The notes beneath the pieces are model-generated. The model was not told the DNA's origin. It worked only from the letters and a program-made list of their open reading frames with translations, and did not search any database. This document shows, in pieces, positions 29,908-40,037 of a DNA stretch of 64,000 bases. A program made the translations under genes and the position numbers. Every line of letters starts with the position of its first letter. Positions within the stretch are counted from its first letter, which is position 1. This DNA comes from Dehalococcoidia bacterium (GTDB lineage Bacteria > Chloroflexota > Dehalococcoidia > Lucifugimonadales > UBA3495): assembly GCA_965197665.1 (NCBI GenBank), contig CBDANO010000003.1, positions 483,947 to 547,946 of the forward strand. The letters are read 5' to 3'.

Positions 29908-31398
29908 ATGAAAATGAAACTGTCTGATGAGTTGGCTTATACCTCGGGGGCGGAGTTGGCGGCGCAGGTCCGCAGCCGCCGGCTTTCGCCAGTGGAAGTG
30001 GTGGACGCTTTCATAGAGCGAATCGAGGATCGGAACAAGAGCCTGACCGCTTTCGTCTACTATGGTTTTGAAGACGCTCGAAAGGCGGCCAAAGAGGCGG
30101 AGCGGGCCGTTACCTCGGGAGAAGCTCTCGGCCCTCTCCACGGAGTGCCCACCGCGCTGAAGGACCTCTTCGACTCCAAACCGGGATGGGTTACTACCTT
30201 TGGCGGCATCAGAGCGTTCAGGGACTACGTGGCTGACTTCTATTGCGCTTATGCGGAGCGCATGGAGAAAGCGGGCGCTATTCTCGTAGGCAAGACCAAC
30301 AGCCCGGTGATGGGGTTCCGGGGAGCTTGCGACAACTTCTTGTTCGGCCCTTCCCGCAACCCCTTCAACACCGCCAAGAACACCGGCGGTTCGTCGGGAG
30401 GGAGCGCGGCGGCGGTGGCCGACGGGCTTGTACCCTTCGCCGAGGGGACCGACGGCGGAGGGTCTATCCGGATTCCGTCGTCGTGGTGCGGAGTGTATGG
30501 GTATAAGGCTTCCTTCGGCCGCGTCCCGTTCTTGATGAGACCCAACGCTTTCGGGGGCGATATGCCCTTCCTGGCAGAGGGGCCGATAACCAGGACCGTC
30601 GAGGATGCCGCCTTGGCAATGACGGTCCTGTCCGGCTACGACTTCCGGGACCCCTTCAGCTTGGACCAAGAGGTCGATTACATGGGGGCGACCCGGCGGT
30701 CCATCAAGGGATTGAAGATTGCTTACAGCCCGAATTTCGATGTCTATCCGGTGGATAGCCGGGTGACCGACGTGGTGGGGAAAGCGGTAAAAGCGTTTGA
30801 AGAAGCCGGCGCCCACGTCGAGGAAGTATCAATCGGGATCAAGCGGTCCCAGCAAGAGTTGAGCGACCTCTGGTGTCGTTTGATCATGCCGCTCAGCGTA
30901 GCTAGTTGCGAGAACTTCAAGGCCCAAGGCATCGACCTACTCAAGGATCACCGGGATGACCTGCCCCCGGAGTACCTCGATTGGGTGGAAAGGTCCTATC
31001 AAGCGTCGGCCCTCGACATTACCCGGGCCCAAGAGATGCGGACGGAGGTATACGACCCAATCCAAAGATTGATGAATGACTATGACCTGCTAGTAACCCC
31101 GACTCTGGCTTGTTTGCCCGTAGACAATACCGATGACGGGAATACGAAAGGCCCTACCCAAATCAACGGGGAGACAGTGGACCCGTTGATCGGGTGGTGC
31201 ATGACTTACTTTCTCAACTACACCGGCAACCCGGCGGCTTCCATCCCCGCCGGGCTCAGCAACGACAATTTGCCGGTGGGGATGCAAATCATTGGCCGGC
31301 GCTATGCGGACACGGACGTCTTGGCAGCAAGCGCCGCTTTCGAGCGGCTCCGGCCTTGGCGGGATACCTATGAGATATGCGCGGGTAGACCCCTGTAA
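29908..31398 (+). CDS. Amidase signature family protein
   Basis: GPLHGVPTALKD, GGSSGGS, GTDGGGSIRIPS. Confidence 0.95.
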   Translation: MKMKLSDELAYTSGAELAAQVRSRRLSPVEVVDAFIERIEDRNKSLTAFVYYGFEDARKAAKEAERAVTSGEALGPLHGVPTALKDLFDSKPGWVTTFGGIRAFRDYVADFYCAYAERMEKAGAILVGKTNSPVMGFRGACDNFLFGPSRNPFNTAKNTGGSSGGSAAAVADGLVPFAEGTDGGGSIRIPSSWCGVYGYKASFGRVPFLMRPNAFGGDMPFLAEGPITRTVEDAALAMTVLSGYDFRDPFSLDQEVDYMGATRRSIKGLKIAYSPNFDVYPVDSRVTDVVGKAVKAFEEAGAHVEEVSIGIKRSQQELSDLWCRLIMPLSVASCENFKAQGIDLLKDHRDDLPPEYLDWVERSYQASALDITRAQEMRTEVYDPIQRLMNDYDLLVTPTLACLPVDNTDDGNTKGPTQINGETVDPLIGWCMTYFLNYTGNPAASIPAGLSNDNLPVGMQIIGRRYADTDVLAASAAFERLRPWRDTYEICAGRPL

Positions 31399-31436
31399 GA
31401 CCGTTTCATCTAAGGCCGTCTAAGTTTTCAAGAGGA

Positions 31437-32762
31437 TCATCCGGGGCCGGTCAAGACGCGCCCTGATTTGATTACCTGGGCTATCTTCTGAGTGTTGCGG
31501 ATGTCTTGGATCGGATCGGCGTCGAGGACTACCATGTCGGCTAGCTTTCCCTTCTCCACGGTTCCGAGAATGTTTTGCTGGCCGATCAACTCGGCTGCTT
31601 GGCCGGTTGCCGCCACCAGGGCCTCCATGGGGGTCAGCCCGCTTTCCACCAGCAGGCGCAGCTCCTCGTGGAGCCCGGCGCCGGGGACTACGTAGGGCAT
31701 GATAACGTCGGTGCCGGCGGTGATCTTGATGCCGGCCCGCCGGGCCCGGCCTATGAACTCCATTTGCCGGGCCAACTCGACCTTACCCTGGCGGAAATCA
31801 TCCTCGGTGTAGTCGAAGGGGACCGCGGTGCGGGCCCACTCTTCTCGCAACCACTCAGACTGAGGTAACTTGTCGAGTCCCGGAGGGTCCAAGACCTCCG
31901 GCTCGTCAGCCCGCAGGATGCTTTGGGAAAGAACCAGCGTGGGAGTAATGATTACCCCCCGCTCCGCCATCAGATCAATCAAGCGGCCCGCTTGCTCCGA
32001 CGCCGGATCGACGAATCTCCAGGAAGCCCAAGACACCACCGCGTCCCAATGCCTCTCGGGCAACCCTTGGAAGGCCTTGCGGTCGGCCTCGGGCACCAAC
32101 TCCGGACCTACCCGGACGTGTTCCAGGGAGTCCACTCCCATCCGCACCGCCTCTTCCACGGTAACCCGGTGGCCGACGTGGGCGGTCACCCATGCGCCCC
32201 TGGCGTGGGCCTCATCGACTATTACCCGGAGCACTTCCGGTTTTAGCTCGATATATACCTTGAGGAAGTCCGCCCCTTCATCGATGAGCCGGGGGACGGC
32301 CTCCCGGGCCGCCGCCGCGTCGGCCACCGGCTGTAGCAAAGCGATGGTGCGCCAAGGGTCTCCGTCCAAGACCCGCCCCGCGCCAAACCAGCGGGGCCAC
32401 TCCGGACGGCCCCTTCTGAAAAGCTCCCGCATCTTGGGGTCCGTGCCGCCGGTATCCCGCACCGTGGTGACGCCGTATTCGATGAACTGGCGCATGTACC
32501 TGTCGGTGGCCTCCATTGGGTCCTCCACCGGCAGCACCTTGCCGTCCACCAATATGCCCACGTGGACGTGGCAATCGATTAGCCCGGGTATCACCGTCTT
32601 CCCGGAGATGTCCACGACTCGGGAGTTCTCAGGAACGCCGAATTCTCCCCGTCGGAACACGTTGACGATGCGGTCGTTGGAGATGAGGACTACGGCGTCG
32701 GGAATTGGGTCCCGCCCGGTCCCGCTGATTACTGTTCCGCCGACGTAAGCCGTGGCCGTCAT
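31437..32762 (-). CDS. Metal-dependent amidohydrolase
   Basis: PGLIDCHVH, ADFLKVY, TAH, LEH, AGTD, GKLADMVVLDADP. Confidence 0.9.
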   Translation of the reverse strand: MTATAYVGGTVISGTGRDPIPDAVVLISNDRIVNVFRRGEFGVPENSRVVDISGKTVIPGLIDCHVHVGILVDGKVLPVEDPMEATDRYMRQFIEYGVTTVRDTGGTDPKMRELFRRGRPEWPRWFGAGRVLDGDPWRTIALLQPVADAAAAREAVPRLIDEGADFLKVYIELKPEVLRVIVDEAHARGAWVTAHVGHRVTVEEAVRMGVDSLEHVRVGPELVPEADRKAFQGLPERHWDAVVSWASWRFVDPASEQAGRLIDLMAERGVIITPTLVLSQSILRADEPEVLDPPGLDKLPQSEWLREEWARTAVPFDYTEDDFRQGKVELARQMEFIGRARRAGIKITAGTDVIMPYVVPGAGLHEELRLLVESGLTPMEALVAATGQAAELIGQQNILGTVEKGKLADMVVLDADPIQDIRNTQKIAQVIKSGRVLTGPG

Positions 32763-33274
32763 TTCTTTCGTGCCTCTATTCTATAGTTGAATCAGGTGCT
32801 GAAGGTGCGAATCAGTCGCCGTCGGCCCGGTGAGGTCAAGCCGCCCGAGCCCCTCGTCCGGGCCTTGGTTCCGCCGGAAATGGGCTACGGGAAATCGGTG
32901 GGAGTCTATCAGCCTGGTTTCGCCGCCGTCAATTCTCGGGGCGCTCCCCTTTTTTCTTCCCAGGGCCGACTCCATTGGCGCACCCGCGCCCGATTACTGA
33001 GAAAGTCTCCGGATGGAGTTTGTTAATTCTTCATGGTATTATCGCAATCCGGGTCCACGGCTTGCGGGCAGAGGTTGCAGGGCGCCGGGTTGTTCGCCGG
33101 CTAAGTCATGCCCGGACTCAACGGCGTGAGGGAGGATGGACCGGGGAACTATCGACAGTCAGAGCGGTTGGCGGGCGGTCCGGCTTCCGCCGCGGTGTTA
33201 AGCCGGGCCAAGAGGGCGGCGCTTTCGCCAAGCGCGGGTTGGTTGATCTGCCACCGCGGCCCTGAGGAGGAAGC

Positions 33275-34075
33275 ATGGTTACGGTACAGGAACGGAGTCT
33301 CAACGTCTGGCAAGGCCGGGTGGAGGCGCGGGTAAAAATCGCCGGCAGAGGTCCGCCTCTGGTCTTTCTTCACGCAGCCACGGGTCTACACTGGGACCCC
33401 TTCCTTGACAACCTGGCCGGCGACTTCACGGTTTATGCCCCGGAGCACCCGGGGACCAGCCCCGGAGACCCGGACGCAATCAGGCATCTTGACGACCTTT
33501 GGGACTTGGTAATCTACTACTACGAAGTCTTCGACCAACTGGGACTCAGCGCGCCCGCGGTCGTGGGCGCTTCCTTCGGGGGCATGGTAGCGGCGGAATT
33601 GGCCGCGACGAACCCGGAGCGGATTAGCAAGCTGGTGTTGATATCCCCCATCGGTCTCTGGCGGGACGACGAGCCTGTTCAGAATTGGATGGTGGGACCC
33701 CAGGTGACGGACCTAGGGAAGCTCCTTTTCTACGATCCGACGGGGCCGGTGGCCACGGCGGCCTTGACCCTGCCGGAAGACCCGGAGGCCAGAATTGCCG
33801 CGCAGATTCAGATTGCTTGGGCATTGGCCTGCACCGGCCGGTTCGTTTGGCCCATTCCGGATAAAGGATTGAAGAAGCGGATACATCGCATTTCGGCGCC
33901 AACCTTGGTTGTTTGGGGAAATCAGGACCGGTTGGTCCCGGCCGTGTACGCCGAGGAATTTAGGAAGGGGATTCCGCAAGCCCGGGTGGAGATGGTCGAT
34001 TCGGCGGGGCACGTTCCCCAGTTGGAGCAATTGCAAAGGGTCTCGGGCCTGGTCTTGGACTTCTTGAAGCAATAG
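33275..34075 (+). CDS. Alpha/beta fold hydrolase
   Basis: VFLH, GASFGG nucleophile elbow, WGNQD, AGHVP. Confidence 0.9.
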   Translation: MVTVQERSLNVWQGRVEARVKIAGRGPPLVFLHAATGLHWDPFLDNLAGDFTVYAPEHPGTSPGDPDAIRHLDDLWDLVIYYYEVFDQLGLSAPAVVGASFGGMVAAELAATNPERISKLVLISPIGLWRDDEPVQNWMVGPQVTDLGKLLFYDPTGPVATAALTLPEDPEARIAAQIQIAWALACTGRFVWPIPDKGLKKRIHRISAPTLVVWGNQDRLVPAVYAEEFRKGIPQARVEMVDSAGHVPQLEQLQRVSGLVLDFLKQ

Positions 34076-34143
34076 CGCGGTCCGGGCAGTTGACACAAGT
34101 CGTTAATCACTGACCTTAACCACATGAAAAGAAAGGAACAGCA

Positions 34144-35094
34144 ATGATCATCGATATTCACGCTCACTTGTTCAGCAAGGACATGCCGTTTGCGGGCTGG
34201 TGGGATATTGTTGCCGAGTGGTCTTCGGAGACTTCGGGCCGGTCTATAGAAGACGTCAAGGAAAAGATACCCGGGATGTGGGATACCACCGGCGACCTTC
34301 TGGTGCAGGACATGGATGAAGCCGGCGTTGACATGACCATTATGAATGTCCTCGATCCGGTGCAGTTCGTGGGCACCGGGGAGTCCCTTTCCCTTGAGGC
34401 GAAGCACCGGATACACGCGGAAGCGGTTGGGCGGCACCCGGACCGTCTGCGATGTTTTGCCGGAGTGGACCCCGGCAGGCCGACTGCGGTGGAATTCATC
34501 GAGGCTGCGGTTGAGGAATGGGGCATGATCGGACTAAAGCTGCACCCGTGCTTCGGTCAGTTCTACGCCAACGACAGAAAGTGCTACCGGCTCTACGAGA
34601 AGTGCGTAGACTTGGGCATACCGGTGATGATCCACGTGGGTCTCGAGCATTCGCCGTTCCCCCTCAAGTACGGCGACCCGGTGTACGTGGATGACGTGGC
34701 CCTTGACTTTCCCGAGCTAAAGATAATCATGGCTCACGGCGCGCTTACACCTTTCTGGTGGCCGCTGGCGGCAACCATCGCCAGCGTCAGGCAAAACGTC
34801 TTCTTGGATCTGGGGTTTTGCCAACTGAACCTCTTGGGCAATCAGGTGGAAGAGTTCTATAAGCCGCTGCGAACGGCCATTAACCAAGTGGGGCCTTCCA
34901 AGGTGCTCTTCGGCACCGACTGGCCCGCCCTGAGACTGATCCGCCGCTTGCGCCCGGGCGTTTACGTAAAGGCCTTTTCGGAACCCCCCGATGAAGTGCG
35001 GGAAGCTGGGATAGAGTTCTCGGACCGAGAGATCAAGGGTATCTTGGGGGACAACGCGGCCCGAGTATTGGGGTTGGCAAAGGTACCGGCGTGA
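34144..35094 (+). CDS. Amidohydrolase_2 family protein
   Basis: IIDIHAH, GLKLHP, MIHVG, IMAHG, LFGTDWP, ILGDNAARVL. Confidence 0.9.
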   Translation: MIIDIHAHLFSKDMPFAGWWDIVAEWSSETSGRSIEDVKEKIPGMWDTTGDLLVQDMDEAGVDMTIMNVLDPVQFVGTGESLSLEAKHRIHAEAVGRHPDRLRCFAGVDPGRPTAVEFIEAAVEEWGMIGLKLHPCFGQFYANDRKCYRLYEKCVDLGIPVMIHVGLEHSPFPLKYGDPVYVDDVALDFPELKIIMAHGALTPFWWPLAATIASVRQNVFLDLGFCQLNLLGNQVEEFYKPLRTAINQVGPSKVLFGTDWPALRLIRRLRPGVYVKAFSEPPDEVREAGIEFSDREIKGILGDNAARVLGLAKVPA

Positions 35095-35237
35095 CGGCGG
35101 CCATCGGGACGATATAACCCTTTGGCCGGGACTTCCGGCTTGACCGGCGCGATTTTAGGGAACCCCTGAACTACCCGTCAACACGGCCATCGTCCCTATC
35201 CGACTAGCCGCAACCCACGGACTTATTCAGAGTATTC

Positions 35238-36689
35238 TTAGAATGCGGGCCTTTGCAGCGGTCCCGGATCGATCTTTCGCGGGATCAATTGGCCGACGCC
35301 CGGACCGCCTACCAGTCGGCCCTCGTCTACCATCATATTGCCCCGCAGCATGACGGTAGTGGGCCATCCTTCCACATCCCACCCTTCCCACGGGCAGTAG
35401 TCGCGTAGATGAAGGTCCGCCATGGACAACCGCTTCTTCACCGAGGGATCGATGATGGTTAGGTCGGCGTCGCTGCCCGCGGAAATGACCCCCTTCCGGG
35501 GGTAGAGGCCAAGAAGCTTGGCGGCGTTGGTGGAAGTAACGTCGGCGTAGCGTTCCAAGGACATACCCCGCTTCATCACTCCCTCGGTGTAGTTGACGCC
35601 CATCCGTATCTCGATGCCGATGTTGCCGCCTCGGATGTCTACCACGTTACGCCCGGCAATCTTGTCCAAGTAGGTCGTGAAGCTGCTGTCGGTGGCGGTA
35701 AAGGTCAAGTCTTCCCTCATCAGCCCCTTCCATAGCGCCAAGCGGTCTTCCTCGTACTTTAGGGAAGGAAAGGTGTGGTACTTCATGCCGTCTTCTTCTT
35801 TGTACCTATCGCAGTTGAATGAGAGGGCCAAGGTCAAGACCTCGCCGTAAACCGGCAAGCCCCGGCTGCGGGCCTCGGCGATAGCATCCAGGCCGTCCTT
35901 GGCCGTCACGTGCACGAAGTAGAGTCCCGCCCCGGTGCGCTCAGCCAATCGCAACACGCTGCGGAAGGCCAGGTCCTCCACGGTCTTGGAGTGGATGAGG
36001 TGGACGTTGTGCCAGTCCCACTGTCCCCGTTGCTGGGCCAGCAGGTAGTTATACATGACCAACTCGTCGTCTTCGCCATGGACTGCCAGCACGCCCCCGT
36101 GCCTGGCGATCTGGCCCATCACGTCCCCCAACCGCCCCGCGTCGATCTTGCCGATGGGGGTCAGGGAGAATTGCCTTCCCTCGTCGGGGCGTATGTCGGT
36201 AGTGAATATCTTGACGCTGGGGAAGCCCGCGTCGATTAGCTCTTTGTAGCGGGAGATAGCGTCGGGCGTGTTACCGTTGCGGTAAATGCAGTGGGTGGAG
36301 TAGTCGGTGTAGGCGTTGCCCTTCCAGGGAGCGATGAATTCGTGTATGCCGGCCGCCAAGTCCCCTTCGTTGGGCACGGGAGCAAAGTCGATCACGGTAG
36401 TGGTTCCGCCCCAAATGGCGCCCAAGGAATGGTCGGCGGGCCCGGCGTTGGGGGTCCCTGAGACCAATTGCCGAGCCCCCGGCTGGACGTTGGCCGCGGC
36501 GTGAGCGTGGGCTTCGATACCGCCGGGCACCACAATCTTGCCCGCCGCGTCAACTACTCTTGCGCCCTCCTCCGGCAATACTCCTGGCAAAGCGACTGCC
36601 GCTATCTTCTCGCCCTGAATCGCCACGTCCCACTGCCCCGCCCCTTCGGGCCGTACTACCGTTCCCCCCTTGATGATAGTGTCCAACAT
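35238..36689 (-). CDS. Dihydropyrimidinase/hydantoinase-like cyclic amidohydrolase
   Basis: Start MLDTIIKGG; EAHAH, GGTTTVIDF, VHGED, FVHVT, NAAKLLGLYPRKG. Confidence 0.88.
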   Translation of the reverse strand: MLDTIIKGGTVVRPEGAGQWDVAIQGEKIAAVALPGVLPEEGARVVDAAGKIVVPGGIEAHAHAAANVQPGARQLVSGTPNAGPADHSLGAIWGGTTTVIDFAPVPNEGDLAAGIHEFIAPWKGNAYTDYSTHCIYRNGNTPDAISRYKELIDAGFPSVKIFTTDIRPDEGRQFSLTPIGKIDAGRLGDVMGQIARHGGVLAVHGEDDELVMYNYLLAQQRGQWDWHNVHLIHSKTVEDLAFRSVLRLAERTGAGLYFVHVTAKDGLDAIAEARSRGLPVYGEVLTLALSFNCDRYKEEDGMKYHTFPSLKYEEDRLALWKGLMREDLTFTATDSSFTTYLDKIAGRNVVDIRGGNIGIEIRMGVNYTEGVMKRGMSLERYADVTSTNAAKLLGLYPRKGVISAGSDADLTIIDPSVKKRLSMADLHLRDYCPWEGWDVEGWPTTVMLRGNMMVDEGRLVGGPGVGQLIPRKIDPGPLQRPAF

Positions 36690-37175
36690 ACTGCGCCTCA
36701 CTTTCGTTTTACTTTTGTAATCGCCTGCAGCCCGCGGCGGCGGGCCCCGTAAGGGAATGAAAATCAGCCTATCTTGACAGCAATGGCACACTATGGGTCC
36801 CCGGAGTTGCGCCCCGCCTCCGGGATTCAGACCGCCTACGCTAAGTTCGACGGGGCCTGGAACGTCACCGGGCCGCGATGTCGGAATGTTAGCGCCGCGG
36901 AAAGGACTTGTCCAGTTGGAAGGTGTGTTATCAGGCCGCGGTCCGGTAGCGCAGAGTGTATTCTAGCGGCGGATTACCGCGCCCGTTATGTCAAGCCCGG
37001 GAAGAGCCGAAAAACGGGTCTGATACGGCCACTCCCGCCATTGGTGATTCCTTTACTCCGGGGGTGTTTCCCTTGCGCGGCCCAACGGCCCGAAGCTAGA
37101 ATAGCCATGCAAACTCGCCCCTTTAGCCGGCATGCCATAAGCTTGCTGACTGGGGCCGGCCACTGAACTGGGCGG

Positions 37176-37252
37176 GGGCGGTTAGCTCAGTTGGTTAGAG
37201 CGCCTGCTTTACACGCAGGAGGTCGCAGGTTCGAGTCCTGCACCGCCCACCA
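37176..37252 (+). tRNA. tRNA-Val (TAC)
   Basis: GGGCGGT/ACCGCCC acceptor stem, anticodon arm CCTGC-TT-TAC-AC-GCAGG, T-arm GCAGG-TTCGAGT-CCTGC, encoded CCA. Confidence 0.98.
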
Positions 37253-37964
37253 AACTGGACAAAATCAAGTACCTTTGTGACAAGGTTCACTCTGGCGCTG
37301 TAACCAGTCATCCGTACTGCTAAGTTTCCGAAGGTGTTGTCGCCTGATGGAGTAGTCCCAACGAGTAAGGATGGACTTGCCGAGAGACCCCTGTTTTGGA
37401 TGCGGGGGCCTTTCCTCTTGTTGGTCCGCCTCGCTGGTGAACTTGACGGAGTGGAGTTGGATTCAGCTTGTCGTGGGAGTTCACGGACAGGATCATCATT
37501 GCGGGTTTCCATGTACGTTTTCGGCAAGAGTGTTTGAACAAGAACTGGTTTCTGTCCTTGGAGGAAACTTAAGAGAAGATGGAATCCAGGCGCAGGCGTT
37601 TTAACTGCGAGAGACCCAGCAGCGCACTGAGAAGCCTGTTCGCCAGGGAGATTGCTACGATGGCACCAACGGCGAATTGGTCCACAAAACTCGCACTAAG
37701 ACTGGTACAAGAAGTGAGGCAAGACCATACGCTTGTCGGATTAGTATAGAAGATGGTATAAGCACTAGGGGCAAGTCAGAGACGACAAAGCGTTTGGGCC
37801 GCGTCGGTGGCCGAAGTCGTGAACTGGTACCGGACTCATTCCCCGTTGGCGTGAGAAAAGGTACCAAGCCGGACCAATGTGGACCGATACCGCCGAAGGC
37901 TCCGACCGATAACCGCCTCTCCGCCCTGCGGGCGGTAATGGCAAACCACGCTGGCTGGAAGTAT

Positions 37965-40019
37965 ATGGATGACTACGCCCTGGCAATCGACGTGGGGGGA
38001 ACCTTCACCGACATTGTCCTTCTAAACCTGACCACTGGCGATTTCCAACTGCTTAAGACCCCCTCCACTCCAGACGACCCGTCCCGGGGCTTCATCGCCG
38101 GCATCTCCCAGATACTCAATACGAGGAGCGTGGCCTATTCTCAAGTTCGTCGCATCTTCCACGGCACCACCATAGCCACCAACGCTATTCTGGAGGGCAA
38201 GGGCACACCCGTTGGAGTGCTGGTATCCGAGGGATTCAAATATGTTCTGGAAATCGGTCGACACAACATGGCCAGGATGGCCAACCCCCATGTCTGGGTC
38301 AAACCGGAACGCCCGGTACCGCCGGAGCGCGTCCTTGAGATTCCGGAACGCACCGCCTTCGACGGCACTATCATAACCGCCCTCGACGAAGATATGGTGC
38401 GATCAGCGGCAGCGCATTTTAGTGACGAAGGGATCGAGTCCATTGCCATCTCCCTGACCCATTCTTACGCGAACCCCACGCACGAGATCCGGGCTCGGAA
38501 ACTGGTTCTGGAGAGGTTCACCGACGCGCACCTGTCCTTGTCGTCTGAAGTGCTCCCAGTCTTCCGGGAGTACGAGAGGACGATAACCACCGTTCTAAAC
38601 GCCTACGTCATGCCGCGGGTTAGCTACTACATCGAGAACCTGAACCGGGAACTGCGGGAACTTGGAGTGGAGGCCCCCCTGTTGATTATGAAGTCCAACG
38701 GGGGCGTGATCGGCGCGGAAACCGCCATCCGTCAGCCGGTCTTCACCGCCCTTTCCGGCCCAGCAGCAGGAGTCATGTCCGCCATTGATGTGGCCAGCAA
38801 CACCGGGATAGAGGACTGCATCTCCTTAGACATGGGGGGAACCAGCACCGACGTATCCCTGGTCAACCGACGCACCCCCACTATTACCCTGAAGGGAGAG
38901 CTGGGCGACTGGCCGGTACAACTGCCGATGCTGGACATCGCCACCATAGGCGCGGGCGGCGGCAGTATCGCCTGGCTGACGGCGGCGGGCAACCTGAACG
39001 TAGGGCCGCGCAGCGCCGGGGCCGTACCCGGCCCGGCCTGCTACGGCCTGGGAGGAACCGAGCCAACAGTTACAGACGCCAATCTGGTGCTGGGCCGTAT
39101 CAATGAGACCATTGCCGGGGGTGCCCTGACCCTGGACGCGGCGGCAGCTAGATCGGCCATACAGGAGAAAATCGCCTCTCCCCTGGGCTTGGACTTGTAC
39201 CGGGTGGCCCACGGCATCTTGCAAATAGTCAACTACAATATGATGGGCGCCATTCGCAACGTCAGCGTGGAGCGCGGTCACGACCCGCGCCATTTCGCGC
39301 TGGTCGCCTTCGGGGGCGCGGGGCCGATGCACTCCATCAGTGTGGCCCGCCTCCTTGATATGGCCACTGTCATCGCCCCGCCTAGCCCGGGCGTCGCCTC
39401 GGCCTATGGGCTGCTGGTAGCCGATTTCAAGAACGACTACGCCAGGACTTCGATCCAGAAGGCTCCCAACTACGATTCCTGCGCCATGGAGAATATCTAC
39501 AGGGAGCTGGAGAGTGAAGCTGCCAATTGGCTTGACTCCGAGTCGGTTCCTGCTGACCGGCGGGAGTTGGCGCGGTCGGCGGACCTGCGGTACGCCCACC
39601 AGGGCTCCGAAGTGACGGTGGAGTTGGCAGGCAAGGCGGTCGAGCCAGCCAGCCTGGATGCCATGATTCAGCATTTCCACAGGGAGCACCATCGTCTATT
39701 CGAGTTCTCCCTGGACCAACCGGTGGAGATCGTCACCCTGCGCGTCACCGCCTTGGGGCACCTGGAATCGGTCAGAATGGCCCCGCTTTCCCGCGACTTG
39801 AGTACCCCGGCTGAGGCCCTGCTGGGGCGGCGCCCGGTCTACTTCGAAGACACCGAAGGCTTCGTCTCCTGCGACATCTACGGCCGGGCGAGGCTGGCAC
39901 CGGGTTCCACCATAGACGGCCCGGCTATTCTTGAAAACGCCGATTCCACGGTGGTCATCGACCCGGGTTGGCAGGCCCGGGTTGACGACTATGGCAACTG
40001 CATCATGCAGCCAGTTTAG
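37965..40019 (+). CDS. Hydantoinase/oxoprolinase subunit A
   Basis: AIDVGGTFTD, HGTTIATNA, SGPAAG, DMGGTSTD, IGAGGGSIA, PTVTDA. Confidence 0.93.
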   Translation: MDDYALAIDVGGTFTDIVLLNLTTGDFQLLKTPSTPDDPSRGFIAGISQILNTRSVAYSQVRRIFHGTTIATNAILEGKGTPVGVLVSEGFKYVLEIGRHNMARMANPHVWVKPERPVPPERVLEIPERTAFDGTIITALDEDMVRSAAAHFSDEGIESIAISLTHSYANPTHEIRARKLVLERFTDAHLSLSSEVLPVFREYERTITTVLNAYVMPRVSYYIENLNRELRELGVEAPLLIMKSNGGVIGAETAIRQPVFTALSGPAAGVMSAIDVASNTGIEDCISLDMGGTSTDVSLVNRRTPTITLKGELGDWPVQLPMLDIATIGAGGGSIAWLTAAGNLNVGPRSAGAVPGPACYGLGGTEPTVTDANLVLGRINETIAGGALTLDAAAARSAIQEKIASPLGLDLYRVAHGILQIVNYNMMGAIRNVSVERGHDPRHFALVAFGGAGPMHSISVARLLDMATVIAPPSPGVASAYGLLVADFKNDYARTSIQKAPNYDSCAMENIYRELESEAANWLDSESVPADRRELARSADLRYAHQGSEVTVELAGKAVEPASLDAMIQHFHREHHRLFEFSLDQPVEIVTLRVTALGHLESVRMAPLSRDLSTPAEALLGRRPVYFEDTEGFVSCDIYGRARLAPGSTIDGPAILENADSTVVIDPGWQARVDDYGNCIMQPV

Positions 40020-40037
40020 CTAAGGAGAGAACACGGT

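Noticed and set aside
37195..37527. 110-aa minus-strand ORF overlapping tRNA-Val
   Set aside because: It is antisense to the tRNA and not protein-like apart from the VLDFVQFGG att-derived motif.
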